A stretch of 64,000 nucleotides of DNA from Candidatus Krumholzibacteriota bacterium. GTDB lineage: Bacteria; Krumholzibacteriota; Krumholzibacteriia; JAJRXK01. Position numbers and translations under genes: made by a program. The stretch spans positions 138,029 to 202,028 of the forward strand of contig CAVXTH010000006.1 in assembly GCA_963764625.1 (NCBI GenBank), in the 5' to 3' direction. The notes under the pieces are model-generated. The model was given only the letters and a program-made list of their open reading frames with translations. It searched no databases and was not told the origin of the DNA. Below, piece after piece: positions 17,917-27,864 of this stretch. The first letter of the stretch is position 1. Each line of letters begins with the position of its first letter.

Positions 17917-20220
17917 ATGCTTCAAGGTCTCAATCCACAGCAGCGGCAAGCAGTCGTGAACACTCGGGGACCCATGCTGGTCATCGCCGGCGCGGGTAGC
18001 GGGAAGACACGCGTGCTCACCACTCGCATCGCCTATCTCATCAAGGAAGAGGGTGTTCGCCCGGAGAACATCCTCGCCTTCACGTTCACCAACAAGGCAG
18101 CGCGCGAGATGCGCGAGCGCGTCGAGGCCCTCAGCCACGAGGGAAAGCGGGCCTGGATCGGCACCTTCCACGCCACCGGGGTGAGAATTCTGAGGCGCGA
18201 GGCCGAGCGCTTGGGCTATTCGCGAGAGTTCAGCATTTACGACGCGGACGATAGCCGCGCCGTGATCAGGGCGATTCTGAAAAGACGCCACGCCGATCCC
18301 AAGGAATTCACCCCACGCGCGGTTGCTACCGCCATCAGCCACTTCAAGAATCAATCCATGAGTCCGCGGGAAGCCCAAGAGGACGCGATGACGGGATGGG
18401 AAGAGCGCATGGCCAAGGTCTACTCCGAGTACGAGAAGGAGCTGCGCTCGAACCAGGCCATGGACTTCGACGATCTCATCGCGCGCACCGTGGAGCTTTT
18501 CGAGAAGCACCGAGACGTGCAGGAGCGATACGCGGAGCAATTTCACTACGTGCTCGTCGACGAGTTTCAGGACACCAATCCGCTTCAGCTCATTCTGACC
18601 AAAGCGCTCAGCGCGCAGTGGGAGAACCTCTTCGCGGTGGGGGACGACGACCAGGCCATCTACTCCTGGCGGGGCGCGACGGTGGAGAACATGCTCTCCT
18701 TCGAGGAGTATTTTCCCGGCGCCAAGGTTCTGCGGCTCGAACAGAACTACCGCTCTACCGGCATCATTCTCCGCGCGGCGAACGAGGTCATAGCGCACAA
18801 TCGCAAGAGACGAGGCAAGAAGCTCTGGACCGAAGCGGCTGACGGACTGCCCCTCGAATTGTGGTGGGTGGACGACGAAGAGGGCGAAGGGTCGGCGATC
18901 AAGAGCCGGATCGAAGAACTCGGAAGCAGCGAGGGATTTCACCGGCGGGACTGTGTCATTCTCTACCGCACGAACGCACAGAGCCGTGCTCTGGAAGATG
19001 CCTTGCGCCGCGCCGGGCTTCCCTATCAAATCGTGGGAGGAACGCGCTTCTACGAGCGGCGTGAAGTGCGCGACATTCTGGCCTATCTCAAACTGATCGT
19101 AAATCCTTCCGACCAGGTGAGTTTGGAGCGCGTGATCAACTTGCCGCGCCGCGGTATCGGCAAGAAGAGCGTGGAGAGGCTGCTGGAAGCCGCCGGGCAA
19201 CACGATCTCTCGCCCCTACGATTTTGTGAGTTGCACCCCGAACTCCTCGCGAAGTTCTGCGGGAGGGGAGCCTCGCGCATCCAGAGCTTCGTGACTCTCG
19301 TCACCGCGATGCGGCGAATGGCGGAGAGCCAGAACGCGGCCTCGGTGGTGGAGGAAGTTTTGCGCAGCACGAAGTACCTGGAATGGTTGCACGAGGACGA
19401 TCCGGCCACCGCCGAGGACCGGGAAGAGAACGTCCGCGAACTGCTGCACGCCGCCGAGTCGTTCGTGGCGGAGAGCGATGAGGGGCGCCTCTTCGATTTT
19501 CTCGAGTCGGTGGCGCTCTTGGCCGAAGTGGACCGCATGGACGCGGCCGGGGACATGGTGACGCTCATGACCATGCACAACGCGAAAGGACTCGAATTCC
19601 CCGCCGTCTTCGTCGCCGGGTGCGAGGAGAACCTGCTTCCCCACGCCAACAGCATCGACGAAGAGAATCGTCTGGAGGAGGAGAGGAGGCTCTTCTACGT
19701 GGCGCTGACGCGTGCGCGTCAGAGAATATTCTTGAGTGCGGCCGCATTCAGACGGCGTTTCGGGGGATCCGAACCGGCCTACCCGAGCCGTTTTCTCAGC
19801 GAGATTCCCGCGGACATCGTGGTGGAAAAGGGGGAGAGGGTATCTCCCGAGGAGAACTACGGGGTGAGACTCTCCGGAGTCCGCAGGAGAACTCGCGGTG
19901 TCTCCTCGGAGAATTCAGCTTCGCCTGCCCAGGATGCGTACGGAGCCGAGGCGTTTCTCAAGAGCAAGGCCAAACAGAAGGCCCAGTCCGGGAGCGACCA
20001 CGGCTTTCAGGATCACGAGTTCAGCCAGGAAGAGCTGGTCTTCGAGATCGGACAGCGAGTACGTCACCAAACCCTGGGCGAAGGAACGATCACGGAAGTG
20101 GAAGGTTTCGGTGAGCTGACACGTCTCACCATCGAGTTCGGAGATAGCGGCCGCAAGCGGGTCCTGGCCCGCTACGCGAAACTCGAGATTCTCGAAAAGG
20201 ACGGGGACCTGCCGTTCTAG
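17917..20220 (+). CDS. uvrD: ATP-dependent DNA helicase UvrD/PcrA family
   Basis: ...LNPQQRQAVVNTRGPMLVIAGAGSGKTRVLTTRIAYLI... Walker A, with the full SF1 helicase motif series through ...TMHNAKGLEFP...FYVALTRAR... Confidence 0.9.
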   Translation: MLQGLNPQQRQAVVNTRGPMLVIAGAGSGKTRVLTTRIAYLIKEEGVRPENILAFTFTNKAAREMRERVEALSHEGKRAWIGTFHATGVRILRREAERLGYSREFSIYDADDSRAVIRAILKRRHADPKEFTPRAVATAISHFKNQSMSPREAQEDAMTGWEERMAKVYSEYEKELRSNQAMDFDDLIARTVELFEKHRDVQERYAEQFHYVLVDEFQDTNPLQLILTKALSAQWENLFAVGDDDQAIYSWRGATVENMLSFEEYFPGAKVLRLEQNYRSTGIILRAANEVIAHNRKRRGKKLWTEAADGLPLELWWVDDEEGEGSAIKSRIEELGSSEGFHRRDCVILYRTNAQSRALEDALRRAGLPYQIVGGTRFYERREVRDILAYLKLIVNPSDQVSLERVINLPRRGIGKKSVERLLEAAGQHDLSPLRFCELHPELLAKFCGRGASRIQSFVTLVTAMRRMAESQNAASVVEEVLRSTKYLEWLHEDDPATAEDREENVRELLHAAESFVAESDEGRLFDFLESVALLAEVDRMDAAGDMVTLMTMHNAKGLEFPAVFVAGCEENLLPHANSIDEENRLEEERRLFYVALTRARQRIFLSAAAFRRRFGGSEPAYPSRFLSEIPADIVVEKGERVSPEENYGVRLSGVRRRTRGVSSENSASPAQDAYGAEAFLKSKAKQKAQSGSDHGFQDHEFSQEELVFEIGQRVRHQTLGEGTITEVEGFGELTRLTIEFGDSGRKRVLARYAKLEILEKDGDLPF

Positions 20221-20231
20221 GGGATCCCGCC

Positions 20232-22409
20232 TCAGCGCACCAGGGTGACGCGCTGACTGCTCGTGCCCGCGTCCGTCTGCATGCGCAGGAAATAGAGTCC
20301 ACTCGAGACGGCATGTCCGTCGCCGTCACGCCCGTCCCACTGCAGGGAAACCGGTCCCGGTGAAACCCTCCCCGATCTCAGAGTCCGAAGCCTCCGCCCG
20401 GCGACGTCGTAGATCTCCACGCTGAGGGAAGCGTCGCGCTGCGCGTAGGCCGGCAGATTGAAGACCGCTCCGGATGAAGCAATGAAGGGGTTGGGGTAGC
20501 CGGTCTCGAAGGAAATCCCCCCCGGGGTCGAGAACACGGGTGCGGTGTCTTGGTAGATGAGAAAATCTTGGTTGGGATCGACTTTCACCGTGCTTACTTC
20601 GGCGCCGACGGAGAGAGTCGTGTTCACGGTCGTATCCGTGGTCCACACCCAGGCATCGCTGCTATCACCCTGCGCCGTGTAGACCCGCACCGGCACCGGC
20701 AGAAGGAAGTAGTTCGCCGGGTCCTGGCTCATGGTCAAGCGGAGATCCTCACCTTCTGCCCGCCAGCGCGTCTGGAGCCGGCACACCTCGGCACGATGCA
20801 GCCAGGGGTCGAAGAACCAATCCAGGGCACCGCCGTACACCGCCTCTGCGTGCGACTGGAAGTCGGCACTGGTCACCGACGAGAAGCGCAGCGCCGGGTC
20901 GGAGACGTACTCGCGCATCGTCTGCAGCAGCTTCTCCAGCCCCATGCCGGGAAAGCGTTCTTCGAAGACCATGCGAAGCATGTGCAAGACCATTGCACCC
21001 TTCTTGTAACTGACGAGCCCGAACAGGTCCGCCGCCGGCGGATCGACGAGGGAGTGATCGAAGGAGTCGATGTAGTCGAAGAAGCGCAACTGACGATACA
21101 CACGCGCCACTTCGGCCGAGTAGCGGTGCTCCATCCAGATGACCTCGCAGTACGAAGCGAAGCCTTCGTTCAGCCAGATCTCTCCCCACCGCTGCACGTG
21201 CACGCAATCACCGAACCACTGGTGCGAGAGCTCGTGAGCGACTACCCACTCCCACAGGGGACCTCCAGTGATGGAATTGACGGAGCTGTTCACGTAGCTC
21301 TGGGACATGCTAGTGCAGGTCGGGTGTTCCATTCCTCCGCCCCACTTGAACATGGCCATGCCGTAGCGTTGCCTCGCAAAGGGGTAGGGTCCAAACACCG
21401 AATCGAAATACTCGACGAGATCGGGGGTCATTCCCCAGGCGAATTTGGAATCGCCCAACCAATCCACCGCACCGGGAATCTCCGGCTTGGCGATGTAGTA
21501 CTCGATCGGCATGTTCACGGTCTGGCCGGTTTCATAATCGGTGACCTGGGCCGTGTCGCTGTAGAAGTCGTAGTCGGAAATCGCCAAGGAGAAGAGATAC
21601 GCCGGGATCGGCGCGGTCATCTGGACATCGGTTTGCTTGAGGCCGCCGGGAAGGGAACTCTCCACGATTCGCGAGCGGTCGGTTCCCGGCACCACCACGG
21701 TCAACTGTTCGGGACAGACGATATGAATCGAGAAGGGCGCCGCGTCGTAAGGGGTGTCGTGGCAAGGCCACCACGAACGGGCCGACTTGGGCTCGCTCAG
21801 GGTCTGGATGATTGGTTTGCCCTCGAAGGTTCCGCGATTGAATCGATTCAACGCGAAGCCCATGAACCCGAACGAGATGGGCTGGCCGCGGTACTGCACC
21901 GAGATGGTGGTCGAATCGCCGACTGCCAGAGTGGAGGGCAAGGGGATGCTCAGCGTTTCGTCGAGGTGGTTGAAGGTGGAAGGGACGCCGTCGACCTCGG
22001 TGCTCTCCACCTGGATTCCCTCCGTGAAGAGATCGAGGTCGATCGAGTCCATTGGGGCCAGCGCGGTCAGATGTACTTTCACCAGCCCGTAGAGAGAATC
22101 AACGACGTCGCTCACCTGGAGGGTGACTTCGTAGAGCGTGACGTCCATGGGACGATCGTCGCGCTCGATGGGCGTCGCGCGGTCGCGCTTGTTCGAAACC
22201 AACCCTTCCGGCCGGTTCTGAAAGTAGGAGAGCGGCTTGTCCAGTTCATAGAACGCGCGCTCGCCATCGCTGATTTTGGTGTTCGAGGCGTTCCCTGGCG
22301 TGGATTCGTACTTTGCCGCGTGAATGGGTTGGGGCGAGAATGTGAGAGTGACGAGGGTTGCCAGCGCAACGAGCTGGGCCTTATATGCGTACTTAAGGAA
22401 TCTCGTCAT
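20232..22409 (-). CDS. Secreted M1-family aminopeptidase with T9SS-type C-terminal sorting domain
   Basis: Signal peptide. ...VVAHELSHQWFGD...WLNEGFASY gluzincin M1 motifs. C-terminal ~80 aa ...SLSVEIYDVAGRRLRTLRSG...GLYFLRMQTDAGTSSQRVTLVR resembles the Por-secretion (T9SS) tail. Confidence 0.75.
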   Translation of the reverse strand: MTRFLKYAYKAQLVALATLVTLTFSPQPIHAAKYESTPGNASNTKISDGERAFYELDKPLSYFQNRPEGLVSNKRDRATPIERDDRPMDVTLYEVTLQVSDVVDSLYGLVKVHLTALAPMDSIDLDLFTEGIQVESTEVDGVPSTFNHLDETLSIPLPSTLAVGDSTTISVQYRGQPISFGFMGFALNRFNRGTFEGKPIIQTLSEPKSARSWWPCHDTPYDAAPFSIHIVCPEQLTVVVPGTDRSRIVESSLPGGLKQTDVQMTAPIPAYLFSLAISDYDFYSDTAQVTDYETGQTVNMPIEYYIAKPEIPGAVDWLGDSKFAWGMTPDLVEYFDSVFGPYPFARQRYGMAMFKWGGGMEHPTCTSMSQSYVNSSVNSITGGPLWEWVVAHELSHQWFGDCVHVQRWGEIWLNEGFASYCEVIWMEHRYSAEVARVYRQLRFFDYIDSFDHSLVDPPAADLFGLVSYKKGAMVLHMLRMVFEERFPGMGLEKLLQTMREYVSDPALRFSSVTSADFQSHAEAVYGGALDWFFDPWLHRAEVCRLQTRWRAEGEDLRLTMSQDPANYFLLPVPVRVYTAQGDSSDAWVWTTDTTVNTTLSVGAEVSTVKVDPNQDFLIYQDTAPVFSTPGGISFETGYPNPFIASSGAVFNLPAYAQRDASLSVEIYDVAGRRLRTLRSGRVSPGPVSLQWDGRDGDGHAVSSGLYFLRMQTDAGTSSQRVTLVR

Positions 22410-22463
22410 GGGCTCCCAACCTCTTTTTCACTCTCGAGCCTCACCGCTCGGAGAGGATACGCA

Positions 22464-24119
22464 ATGAACCCAGGGGATTCAACGACTCACGCGCGTTCGC
22501 CGATGCCCATGCTTCTGATTTTGGCCCTGTGCCTGCTCGTGAGCGCCTGCGCGAGTCAAGTGACGAACGGCCCGGCCTGGCCCGATGAAGGTTCTTCCGA
22601 AGAGTCCTCCGCAACCGAACTCAAGACCGCGGAGAAAGCTTCCATTCTTCAGCCGCGGCCGCCCGCGGAATACTGGTGGAACCAGCCCAAGGACAAACTG
22701 CCCCACTTGGTGGGAGGGAAGTACCTGGATCATCGGGACAGCCTGGGGTTCTCCGAATTTCGCAAACTCGGGGAAGAGGACCAACGTGATCGACGGCGGA
22801 GCGCCCGCAAGCACCTGGAGAAGGGGCTGGCCCTGGGCGCGAATCGAGTGGCGCTGAACGACTACGCGACCGGAGCGGGTCTGTGTCCCTATTATCCCGA
22901 AATCTGGCTCCACTACGCGGAAGCCGAGATTCAAATGGGGAACTACCACACGAGTCGCTACTTGCTGCAGGGAGTGGAACGGAGCCTTCGCTTTGCCTCT
23001 GGAAGCAGCGAGCAAGAACAGGTCGCGTCGGACTTCTACTATCTCGACGCTCTCGCTTCCTACAATCTGGGTGAGAAGGACAGGGCCCTGGAATCGGCCG
23101 AAAACTGTCTGGCCCTGCGCGGGGGAAACCTGGACGCAAGGCTCCTGCGAGCGAGGTGCCTCACCGATTTGAATCGTTTCGACGAGGCACGAATAGAACT
23201 GAGCCGATTCGAGTTCGGGTCTCCCCATTACGCTCAGGCTCAGGCGGTGCGTGGCGTGTTGGAGATGGACGCGGGCGATCTAAAGAGCGCCGAGCGGGCC
23301 TTCTCCGAGGCCTACGAGTACGGACTTCGCAGCGGCATCCTCGAGAACGATCGGGGCCGGCTGGCCCTGATGCAGAACCGGCTGGACGATGCGGTCGATC
23401 ACTTCGAACGGGCGGTGCGGTTGATGCCCGAGCTCATGGAGGCGCGCAACAACCTGGCGGTGGCTCTGAGGCGCGCGGGGGAAAGCGCTCGAGCCGAACA
23501 GGTCTTGAATCGGGCCATCGCGCTGAACCCGAACTACGCCGCCACCCATTTCAATATGGCGGAGCTGCTCCGCTCTCGCCTGGAAGATCTCAAAGGAGAC
23601 GAGCTGAGACGAACCGCGCGCGAGGCCCGCGAGCACTACGACGCAGCGCTCGCCCTGCACTATCGCCCCAAGGTGATTCTCGAACGCCGAGCCTGGATTT
23701 CTCTTCGTCTCGGAGATCTGGCCGCAGCAGAAAACGACCTGCTCAAACTCACCGGTACTGCGAATCCCGACGGGCGCGTCCTGTTTCTTCTCGCCCATAC
23801 CAAACAGGAACAGAATGATCTCCGCGTCGCGCAGAAACTCTACGAGATGGCGATTCAGAGGGGATATGATGGAGCCGACGTTCACAGCGATCTAGGGGAG
23901 GTGCTGTTGCGACGCGAGGATCTCGAGCGAGCGCGAAGCGAGCTGGAGAAGGCCATCTCTTTGGACGGAAGTCTCGTCGCTACGCGACTCAATCTCTGTC
24001 AGACGCTCGCCGATCTGGGCGATCGTGAGGCGGCCGAGAAGGTCTTGAAAGAAGCGGAAGCGCTGGCCCCCGACGATCCCGCGGTGAGAGCGCAAAGGAA
24101 GGCTTTGGATTCGCGATGA
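22464..24119 (+). CDS. TPR-repeat lipoprotein
   Basis: MNPGDSTTHARSPMPMLLILALCLLVSAC lipobox, then repeated TPR-like helical units (...AEAEIQMGNY..., ...NPNYAATHFNMAELL...). Confidence 0.65.
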   Translation: MNPGDSTTHARSPMPMLLILALCLLVSACASQVTNGPAWPDEGSSEESSATELKTAEKASILQPRPPAEYWWNQPKDKLPHLVGGKYLDHRDSLGFSEFRKLGEEDQRDRRRSARKHLEKGLALGANRVALNDYATGAGLCPYYPEIWLHYAEAEIQMGNYHTSRYLLQGVERSLRFASGSSEQEQVASDFYYLDALASYNLGEKDRALESAENCLALRGGNLDARLLRARCLTDLNRFDEARIELSRFEFGSPHYAQAQAVRGVLEMDAGDLKSAERAFSEAYEYGLRSGILENDRGRLALMQNRLDDAVDHFERAVRLMPELMEARNNLAVALRRAGESARAEQVLNRAIALNPNYAATHFNMAELLRSRLEDLKGDELRRTAREAREHYDAALALHYRPKVILERRAWISLRLGDLAAAENDLLKLTGTANPDGRVLFLLAHTKQEQNDLRVAQKLYEMAIQRGYDGADVHSDLGEVLLRREDLERARSELEKAISLDGSLVATRLNLCQTLADLGDREAAEKVLKEAEALAPDDPAVRAQRKALDSR

Positions 24120-24604
24120 TGAGAATTGCATTCGCAAGCCTGTTGATTCTTTTCCTGTCCGTTCCCCCAAGCGTGGCACGGAGCGCGGATGAAACGTCCG
24201 AGAATTCCTCGAACGAGAGCGTGAGTTCGCGAGCGACTTCCCCGAAGTATTACGTGGCCTATCGAAGTCCCGAGGGCGCCGCGTTGCGGAGTCTCGTGGT
24301 CCCCGGCTGGGGGCAGCACTACAACGGAGAGACGGGAAAGGGATGGATTCTGGGTTCGATCGCGGTGGTGGGACTCCTCCTGGGAACCAAAGTCATCTCG
24401 CCGGGGGTGCTCTCGCGCGGCGACGAGAAACATAATCTGGAGAAAGGCCTCGGATGGTTCATGTATGGCGGGACAGTGGCATGGGCCACCTTCGATGCCT
24501 ATTCGCGCGCCGAGGCGATCAATCGAGAAAACGGCTACGATATGGCGCTGAGCGCGCAGACTTGTGGCCCCTTGCAATTCACGCTCCTGCGAATCGGTTT
24601 CTGA
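24116..24604 (+). CDS. Small exported/membrane protein, DUF5683-like (PGWGQ motif)
   Basis: Signal sequence. ...LVVPGWGQHYNGETGKGW... motif and hydrophobic segments. ATGA overlap with the upstream TPR gene. Confidence 0.45.
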   Translation: MMRIAFASLLILFLSVPPSVARSADETSENSSNESVSSRATSPKYYVAYRSPEGAALRSLVVPGWGQHYNGETGKGWILGSIAVVGLLLGTKVISPGVLSRGDEKHNLEKGLGWFMYGGTVAWATFDAYSRAEAINRENGYDMALSAQTCGPLQFTLLRIGF

Positions 24605-24641
24605 GCTTGACGACGCGCACGCTTTGGCTATCATGCAATTG

Positions 24642-24674
24642 CCTCCCGACGGCGAAACACGGGAGGATTTTTTT
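24642..24674 (+). terminator. Rho-independent terminator (CCTCCCG-11 nt loop-CGGGAGG followed by a 7-T run)
   Basis: Perfect 7-bp GC-rich stem at 24642-24648 and 24660-24666, with TTTTTTT immediately after. It lies 38 nt downstream of the stop at 24604. Confidence 0.7.
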
Positions 24675-24796
24675 GCCCGCCATTTCGCTCGCCTCTCTCC
24701 TTCACACTCGCCCTCTCTGAAGACCACCATCACGGGCCTTCGCGTCCTCCCGAGTGCAATTTCCTTTCTGCCTCCCGGTCATACTTGGAGCAAAGC

Positions 24797-25444
24797 ATGA
24801 GAATCTCTCTCGAGCGATTTTCTCTGGCTGTTCTTTTCGTCGGGATCTTGCTGATGCCGGTCCGCGGTTTCGCCGCGATCGTGTTGAACGAGCTGGTGGC
24901 AGCCCCCGCGCGCGACTGGAACGGTGACGGAGAGATCGATTACAAGAACGACGAGTGGGTGGAGATCCTCAACACCGGCAGCACGGCGGTGGATCTCACC
25001 GGTCTCTATCTCAAGGACGCCACCGGCGACGCGTATCACTACGGTTTCGAGGGCAGTCTGGAACCGGGGGAAACGCTGGTGGTGTATGGCAGCGACGCGG
25101 TCGCCTGGCAAGCTGCGAACAACGCCGGGAGCAGCGGCCTCAGTATCAACAACGGAGACGAGACCATAGAACTCTGGCGGGATGTTCCCGATCCGAGGAT
25201 CCTCCAGGTGGTCGACTTCGTGCCCATTCCGGCCCACGCGGGGGCGAGCGACCGCGCGATGGGGCGTCTCCCCGACAGCCTCGATTGGGTGCTGTTCGAT
25301 TCCCTGAATCCCTACTCCGGGGATCTCCTTCCCACCGGCACCGGGTGCGAACCGTCCCCCGGTACGCCCAACGTCTGCGACGTGGTGGGGGTGGAGAACC
25401 TCAGTTTCGGTCGCATGAAGGCCTCCCACGTCCCCCAGAACTGA
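24797..25444 (+). CDS. Secreted lamin-tail-domain (LTD) protein
   Basis: Signal peptide. ...IVLNELVAAPARDWNGDGEIDYKNDEWVEILNTGSTAVDLTGLYLKD... matches the LTD signature (NE.. / E.IEL.N). GGAG lies 7 nt before the ATG at 24797. Confidence 0.6.
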   Translation: MRISLERFSLAVLFVGILLMPVRGFAAIVLNELVAAPARDWNGDGEIDYKNDEWVEILNTGSTAVDLTGLYLKDATGDAYHYGFEGSLEPGETLVVYGSDAVAWQAANNAGSSGLSINNGDETIELWRDVPDPRILQVVDFVPIPAHAGASDRAMGRLPDSLDWVLFDSLNPYSGDLLPTGTGCEPSPGTPNVCDVVGVENLSFGRMKASHVPQN

Positions 25445-25523
25445 TCGGGGCAAGAGGGCGCGCCCGCCTCCGCGGAGGAGGGCGTGCCCCGATACCCGCT
25501 GGGCAAGAATTGCCGGGTGGTCT

Positions 25524-26474
25524 ATGCTGCCGCCCATGACACGCGATCTGCAGGAACTCTGGATGAAGGCTCGCGGGGGAGATCTGGAGGCGACCGCTTC
25601 GCTCCTGGATTCCCTCCACGTGAGTGGCCCGGAGCGTCAGGCCCTGGTGGAGATGGTGCATCCCCTCACTGGCCACGCCCATCGGGTGGGCTTCGCGGGT
25701 CCAGTGGGAGTGGGTAAGAGCACTCTCCTCAAAGGACTCTCCCGCCTCTGGCGCGAGACGGGTGCGACGGTCGGCCTGGTGACGAGCTCTCCGCCAGCGC
25801 GCGAAGTGAGTCTGGGCGAGGGTCTGAGTCTTCTGGAGCTGGCGCAGGAGGAGGGCACTCTCCTGCACGCCCTGCCGGGCGAATTGGAGCCCCGTGAGCG
25901 GAATCTCGCGGCGGGCCTGGTGGCGGACGCCATGGAGGCGCTGGGGTGCGACCCCATCCTGCTCGAAGCGCCTGGCCTGGGACCCAGCGAGGTCGAGCTG
26001 ATCCGCCGAAGCCATACCATCGTCCTGGTCCTGGCCCCTGACATCGCGGTCCTGGAACTGGTCCTGAGCGGCCCCTGGATCGAGGGTGCCGACCTGGTGG
26101 TTCTCAACCACAGCGAGCGCGAAGGGGCGCGAGAGGTGGCGAAGCGCCTGGAGGAACGACTCGCGCGGGGCGGGCGGAGCAAGGCCCTGCTGCTGACCGA
26201 GGCCAACCACGGCACGGGTCTGCAGGAGCTGAGCGTCGCGCTGAAAGCTCATGCCGAGGCTCTCCGGCAGGGAGACGGCTATGAGCTGAGACGGCGCAGT
26301 GGGCTTCGGGCTCAGCTGCGTTTGCTCACCGAGGAGCGCCTTCTGGAATCGCTCTGGCAGGACGCCGATCTGACCCGAACTCTCGACGAGTTGGCCGAGG
26401 ACGTGGCGCGTCTTCGCACCGACCCCGAATCCGCCGCCGCGAGGCTGGCGAAGTGGATTCGCGGCAAGCGCTAG
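25524..26474 (+). CDS. MeaB/ArgK-like P-loop G-protein (methylmalonyl-CoA mutase-associated GTPase family) with degenerate G4 motif
   Basis: P-loop GPVGVGKSTLL. Switch/G3 ...ILLEAPGLGPSEVE.... The position where MeaB has NKAD reads LVVLNHSE. Similar over the full length to the LAO/AO-transport ATPase family. Confidence 0.6.
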   Translation: MLPPMTRDLQELWMKARGGDLEATASLLDSLHVSGPERQALVEMVHPLTGHAHRVGFAGPVGVGKSTLLKGLSRLWRETGATVGLVTSSPPAREVSLGEGLSLLELAQEEGTLLHALPGELEPRERNLAAGLVADAMEALGCDPILLEAPGLGPSEVELIRRSHTIVLVLAPDIAVLELVLSGPWIEGADLVVLNHSEREGAREVAKRLEERLARGGRSKALLLTEANHGTGLQELSVALKAHAEALRQGDGYELRRRSGLRAQLRLLTEERLLESLWQDADLTRTLDELAEDVARLRTDPESAAARLAKWIRGKR

Positions 26475-26692
26475 CTTCATTCAGAAGCATTGGCTTCGGC
26501 TCGATCTCGACGGTTTCGAACTAATGTTCGGACGCTGGTCCTTTCAATTCTCCCGATCAAACGATATTGTATTCTTCTGTATGGGGTTTCAACGCTCCAC
26601 ACCCAAGAACCAATTGAACTCAACGCGATGTGCCGCGGCCCGATTCGTCATTCTGGGAGCGGACGGGTCCGGCTGAGCCGAGTGAGGTGCCG

Positions 26693-27829
26693 ATGCAGTT
26701 GACAGAGAACCAGACCATGATCCGGGACGTGGCGCGCCGCTTCGCCCAAGAACAGCTCGCTCCCATCGCCCACGAAATCGACGAGGAGGCTCGCTTCCCC
26801 CACGAGACGGTAAAGAAACTGGGGGAAATCGGGTTCTTGGGCTGCTTCGTTCCCGAGGAGTGGGGCGGGGCCGGCCTGGACACTCTCAGCTACGCCATCG
26901 TGGTGGAGGAAATCGCGAAAGTGTGCGGCTCCACAGGGCTCACCGTGGCCGCGCACAATTCGCTGGGTTGCTGGCCGCTTCTGGCCTTCGGCACCCAGGA
27001 GCAGAAGGAGAAATATCTGCGGAAGGCGGCCAGCGGCGAGATGCTCGTCAGCTACGGATTGACTGAGCCCGGCGCGGGAAGCGACGCGGGCGGCACGAAG
27101 AGCTACGCCGTCCTCGATGGCGACGAGTGGGTGCTCAACGGCAACAAGTGTTGGATCACCAACGCCTCCCACGCCGGACTGTACGTGCTCACCGCTCTCA
27201 CCGACCGCGAGAAGGGAACCCACGGAGGCATCAGCGCCTTCCTGGTGGAACGAGGCACTCCCGGATTCGAAGTGGGCTCGAAGGAACACAAGATGGGCAT
27301 GCGGGCCAGCGATACCGCGACCCTCACTCTGCAGGACGTGCGTATCCCTCGCGAGAATCTGCTGGGGGAGCTCGGACAGGGCTTCCCCGCGTTTATGCAG
27401 ATTCTGGATGGAGGCCGCATTTCCATCGGCGCCCTGGCCCTGGGAATCGCGGAAGGTGCCTACGAGTATGCGTTGAACTACTCCAAGGATCGAAAAGCAT
27501 TTGGCAAACCCATCAGCGCGTTTCAGGCCATCCAGTGGATGCTGGCCGACGCGCGGACGGAGATCGAAGCCGCGCGGCTGATGATCTACAACACCGCGCA
27601 GAAGAAAGATCGGGGCGAGGACTACACTCTCGAGAGCGCCATGTGCAAGCTCTACGCGAGTGAGATGGCGATGCGGGTCACGAATAACGCGATCCAGATC
27701 ATGGGTGGCTACGGCTACTGTCGCGACTACCCGGTGGAACGCATGTACCGTGACGCGAAGCTCTGCACGATCGGCGAGGGAACCAGCGAGATTCAACGCC
27801 TCGTGATCAGTCGGAACGTTCTCTCCTGA
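26693..27829 (+). CDS. Acyl-CoA dehydrogenase (short/branched-chain type) 1
   Basis: 378 aa. ...[14 protein letters not shown]..., ...[40 protein letters not shown]... are ACAD signatures. Confidence 0.9.
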   Translation: MQLTENQTMIRDVARRFAQEQLAPIAHEIDEEARFPHETVKKLGEIGFLGCFVPEEWGGAGLDTLSYAIVVEEIAKVCGSTGLTVAAHNSLGCWPLLAFGTQEQKEKYLRKAASGEMLVSYGLTEPGAGSDAGGTKSYAVLDGDEWVLNGNKCWITNASHAGLYVLTALTDREKGTHGGISAFLVERGTPGFEVGSKEHKMGMRASDTATLTLQDVRIPRENLLGELGQGFPAFMQILDGGRISIGALALGIAEGAYEYALNYSKDRKAFGKPISAFQAIQWMLADARTEIEAARLMIYNTAQKKDRGEDYTLESAMCKLYASEMAMRVTNNAIQIMGGYGYCRDYPVERMYRDAKLCTIGEGTSEIQRLVISRNVLS

Positions 27830-27864
27830 CCACTCCAGCGATTGATTAGTGAAAGGGAAAGCTC

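Noticed and set aside
20550-24119. 1189-aa plus-strand ORF spanning the M1 aminopeptidase locus and the TPR gene
   Set aside because: Only the last 551 codons (from the ATG at 22464, GGAGAGGA RBS, lipoprotein signal peptide) are protein-like. The upstream 1900 nt is antisense to the M1 aminopeptidase gene and reads as GC-rich run-on.
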